Assembly (NCBI GenBank): GCA_012295275.1 | Contig: CM022671.1 | Coordinates: 10,168,001-10,232,000, forward strand | Length of the DNA stretch: 64,000 bases | From: Chrysomallon squamiferum | Taxonomy: Eukaryota > Animalia > Mollusca | Direction: 5' to 3' | Part shown: positions 60,901 through 64,000 of the stretch, in pieces | How the letters are laid out: each line of letters begins with the position of its first letter | Numbering within the stretch: position 1 is the stretch's first letter | Notes under the pieces: model-generated | Seen by the model: only the letters and a program-made list of their open reading frames with translations | Database searches by the model: none | What the model was told of the DNA's origin: nothing | Program-made: the position numbers and the translations under genes

Positions 60901-61910
60901 GGAGTGGATATTTTGCTGGTGCATTGTCTGGTTTTGGGTATGAATTTGTTAGCAATGGAGTGTATCGTGTTGGTGAGCGATGTGCAGTAGGTGTCGATGT
61001 CGTTAGGGTTCTTTGTGGTGATGTTTCTGCATGCTTTGTTGAAATTCCATTTGGGTGTGAAAATGGATCTGTCCAAGGTGTTCTTTCTGTTATAGTTGGT
61101 GATGGTTGCTGTTTTGTTCACTGAGCACTTGCCATTCGCAGAACACTGCAATGTCCTTACTTGTGAATGTTGGATCAATAGCAGATTGGCTACCATTGAT
61201 GTCCCTGATGTATGTAGGTGTTCCATCGTTCAGACAGACCAGCTGGTTTTGCGCTATGCAATTTTTGAGGATGATTCCTGGGCTGTCATCTGTCGAGCCA
61301 CCCCATAAGGTGTTGTGACAGTTGAAATTGCCCACTATAATGAGCTTGTTGTTTGTTGTTATCATTTTGTTTAAGTCATGCGTTTGGATGGTGTGCAGTG
61401 CGGGAGTGGGTGGGCTGTACATGTTAATTATGTCGATGTTTTGATTGTTGTTGTGTACTGTGATGCTTAATATTTCTATGTTGGCATGTACTTTTCCTTG
61501 GTTCAGCTTGGTGTGTGGAATGTCTTGTTTGATGAGTGTCATGATGCCTCCCCAGATCTTGTTGAATCTGTTAACATAGCAACTCTATACCCGGGGACCT
61601 TAAAGGTTTTTGTTGTTTTGTTGTTTTTGTTGTAGTGTCCCAGCCATGTTTTTTGTATGCTATTATGTCTGGTGTGTTTTGAGTAGAGGCCAGGAAGTGT
61701 ACGAGTTCATCTCTGTGACCTGCTCAGTGGAGGCCTTTAGTGTTCCACTGAAGAGTGGAGAGGCCTGTGTTATTGGTGTTCTTGTTGTGAAGAGAGTGTA
61801 AGTGGCTGGTACTATTTGCTGTTTTCTTTGTTCACTGTTGTTTTGTGTTTGTGGGATTTCTCTTGTCTGTGTGTAATTTAAGTCATTTTGTTGTCTGTGG
61901 AGATCTGCTG
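57995..61910 (-). mobile_element. Decayed, 5'-truncated non-LTR retrotransposon with RNase H (I-group LINE)
   Basis: In order on the minus strand: APE endonuclease (INMYSPP, IIVGNFNCHNTLWG, LVCLNDGTPT, SAIDPTF); RT (KSTATGADKI, IPQGSEISPTLFN, LFSDDC, FKFLGVTFD, RLDYG); RNase H (IYTDGSK ~58890, KWLPAHVSIIGNKLADHYAK); CCHC knuckle (CSCALSETIKHYLFHC ~58200); (AAAAT)n-like tail ~58000. Many frameshifts. Confidence 0.92.
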
Positions 61911-62029
61911 GTATATATAACTTACTCCATCATACCTAACCAGCCTATGGAATCACTCATATTAGTGCATTATCAGTATGTTGAATTGATCCATGTCTGA
62001 TAGAATTATACATTTTATATATATATATA

Positions 62030-63604
62030 TATCTGGAAAATTAAGGTCCCATCTATTGACTCTGATGAACATTAAAAAAAAAATAATAATAATAAAAATA
62101 AATAAATAAATAAATAATAAAAATAAATAAATAAACAAGGAAATAAAGAAAAGAAAAGAATACAAAAAGGTGGATTTCTCATGGAAAAGAGATGCCACCT
62201 GGGTTTCCAGGAGTTAACCATTTTAACTCCAGTTTTCCATGTGTTATCCATATGTCAGTGTTTATGAGTTGAGTGACAATATATTGATAGAGCAGTAATA
62301 TTAGAGAAAATAATAATTATGAAACAAGAGGTACTTGGAACCTTTTGTCATATTAATAACCAGATTTTAAACAACAATAAATAGACTTATGTACTGAAAT
62401 CAGCTGTATTTTAATATTTCTTTTTAAAAAAAAATATATTAATATTTTCAGTGAAATAATTATTTATTCTTAACAAACATTTTGTGTGAAAAATATTTAT
62501 ATAAATAATTTATTTTTTGTTTTCAGTAATCTGCAGCTAGAAAACTGAACTGTGAAAATGACACAAGATTTGAAGGAAGGTAAAACTGCCTCAAGATATG
62601 AAGGAAGGTAAAACTGCCTTAGAAGGAAATCACAAAAGTTGACAATGAACTCAGGTTAGTGCCATTAGCTTCAGATACTTTATTTTATTTATTTGTTGTT
62701 TTTATGCTAAAATAATCAAATCGAAACTAAATGTGTGTAGATAATCTAACAAAACATCTTAATTCAGACATTGTTATCAAGTCATCAGAAAATCTAAAAA
62801 TACCACCTGAATTAGATATTTTTATCAAGGGTTCATGTGTAAATAATTCCCCACAAAACTATATGAATCATATCTGCTGAAACAATCAATCTAAATCAGA
62901 CATTGCTACAAAGTTGTAAAATTTATACAAAACCTAGCAAATTGTTACAGTCTAACAAAATAATGAGCTGTAGTTTATAGGTAATTTAACAAAATATGAA
63001 ACAAATACTGAAAATCTAGTCTATAGTTAAAAGAAATAAGAATCTGAACTGTTATTAGATAAGTAGATAGAATGAAAAAACAAACCTCCAAAATATAACA
63101 ATGAACAGCCTGAATCAGATACATTGTAATCCAACATGTAGACAATAAAAACAATAATCAGACACAAAAAGGAAGCAAACAATAATAATAATAGTAATAA
63201 GAGAAAAATATTAACAAAAAATTAATAATCACAAAAATAATTAAAAAAATAAAACCCTCCCAAACAAACATCTGAATCAGATACCATTATACAATGTGTA
63301 GACAAATGACAATGTATATTAAAGAGAGAGAGAAAAAAATGAATTGTAAAATAAAAATAAATAACTAAATAAATCGATAAAGAGAAAAAAAAAAATAAAA
63401 ATAAAAAAAATAAAAACAACAAACCCAAAAATAATATCAGACAACAAAAAAAAAAAAAAAGTAACACAATAGAAAAAACAAACCAGATACCCCAAAAATA
63501 ACAGCTTGCATCGTATAATGTTACCCAATGTGTAAACAATATAAAACCCCACTTACAATCAGATAGTAAAAGCAAGCAAATAACAATAACAACAACAAAA
63601 ATAA

Positions 63605-63635
<31 letters not shown>

Positions 63636-63700
63636 ATGTGTAGACAATAAAAAACAACACACCATGGGAGGAATAAAAAACAACAACAACATAACAACAA
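62030..63700 (+). repeat. Inverted diverged copy of 35345-35900 (block A) and of block C
   Basis: cttttgtcatattaataaccagattttaaacaacaataa (62342) vs reverse complement of 35628-35668; ttttcagtaatctgcagctagaaaact (62520) vs reverse complement of 35444-35470; cagcctgaatcagatac (63106) vs ~29550. Confidence 0.85.
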
Positions 63701-64000
63701 ACAGCCTTAATCAGTATTTAATCCTGTGCAGAGGTCTCACTACATATTGAAAGAGGTAGCGGGCTGCCATCCCTTACAGCTTACGACGACTTCACCTGTC
63801 ATTCGTCAGCAACGGCAGCAATATCCGCCACCCGTTTACTTAAGTGTACTTCGTTTTGTATAATAATTTAAACAGACACTTTGATTTTATTTACTAGAGT
63901 TAATGCATTTGATGCAATTATTTATAGTAGTTTTCACAAACAAGTAATTTGAACATTGTAATTTGAACATTTTCTGTACTCTCCCGTCATTTAACTTGCA

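Noticed and set aside
63222-63692. 156-aa hydrophobic ORF resembling a membrane protein
   Set aside because: Reverse translation of the A-rich block C repeat; low complexity.

Overview
AT-rich, microsatellite-rich animal genomic DNA (spliceosomal introns; repeat style suggests a mollusc, not provable here), with a 200-N scaffold gap at 21332-21531. Left of the gap is ordinary CpG-containing sequence holding one intact gene: a two-exon minus-strand PTB/PID-domain protein (ATG 14262, about 687 aa). Right of the gap is a CpG-poor region of decayed sequence. It contains a ~370-bp satellite, a ~2.2-kb tandem duplication, a decayed intron-containing Mutator-like (MULE/SWIM) transposase (+), an orphan first exon of MON2 (-), a fragmented PIWIL2-like piwi pseudogene (+, nine recognisable exons) and a decayed RNase-H-bearing LINE (-). 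Blocks at 28.4-35.9 kb recur inverted and diverged at 55.7-63.7 kb. The MON2 exon and the piwi relic point away from a CpG-retaining centre (42-45.5 kb), and the recognisable transposon relics lie antisense to those directions. That layout resembles a bidirectional piRNA cluster or a giant cargo-carrying element; both readings are hypotheses. All family calls come from motif recognition by eye, not database searches.
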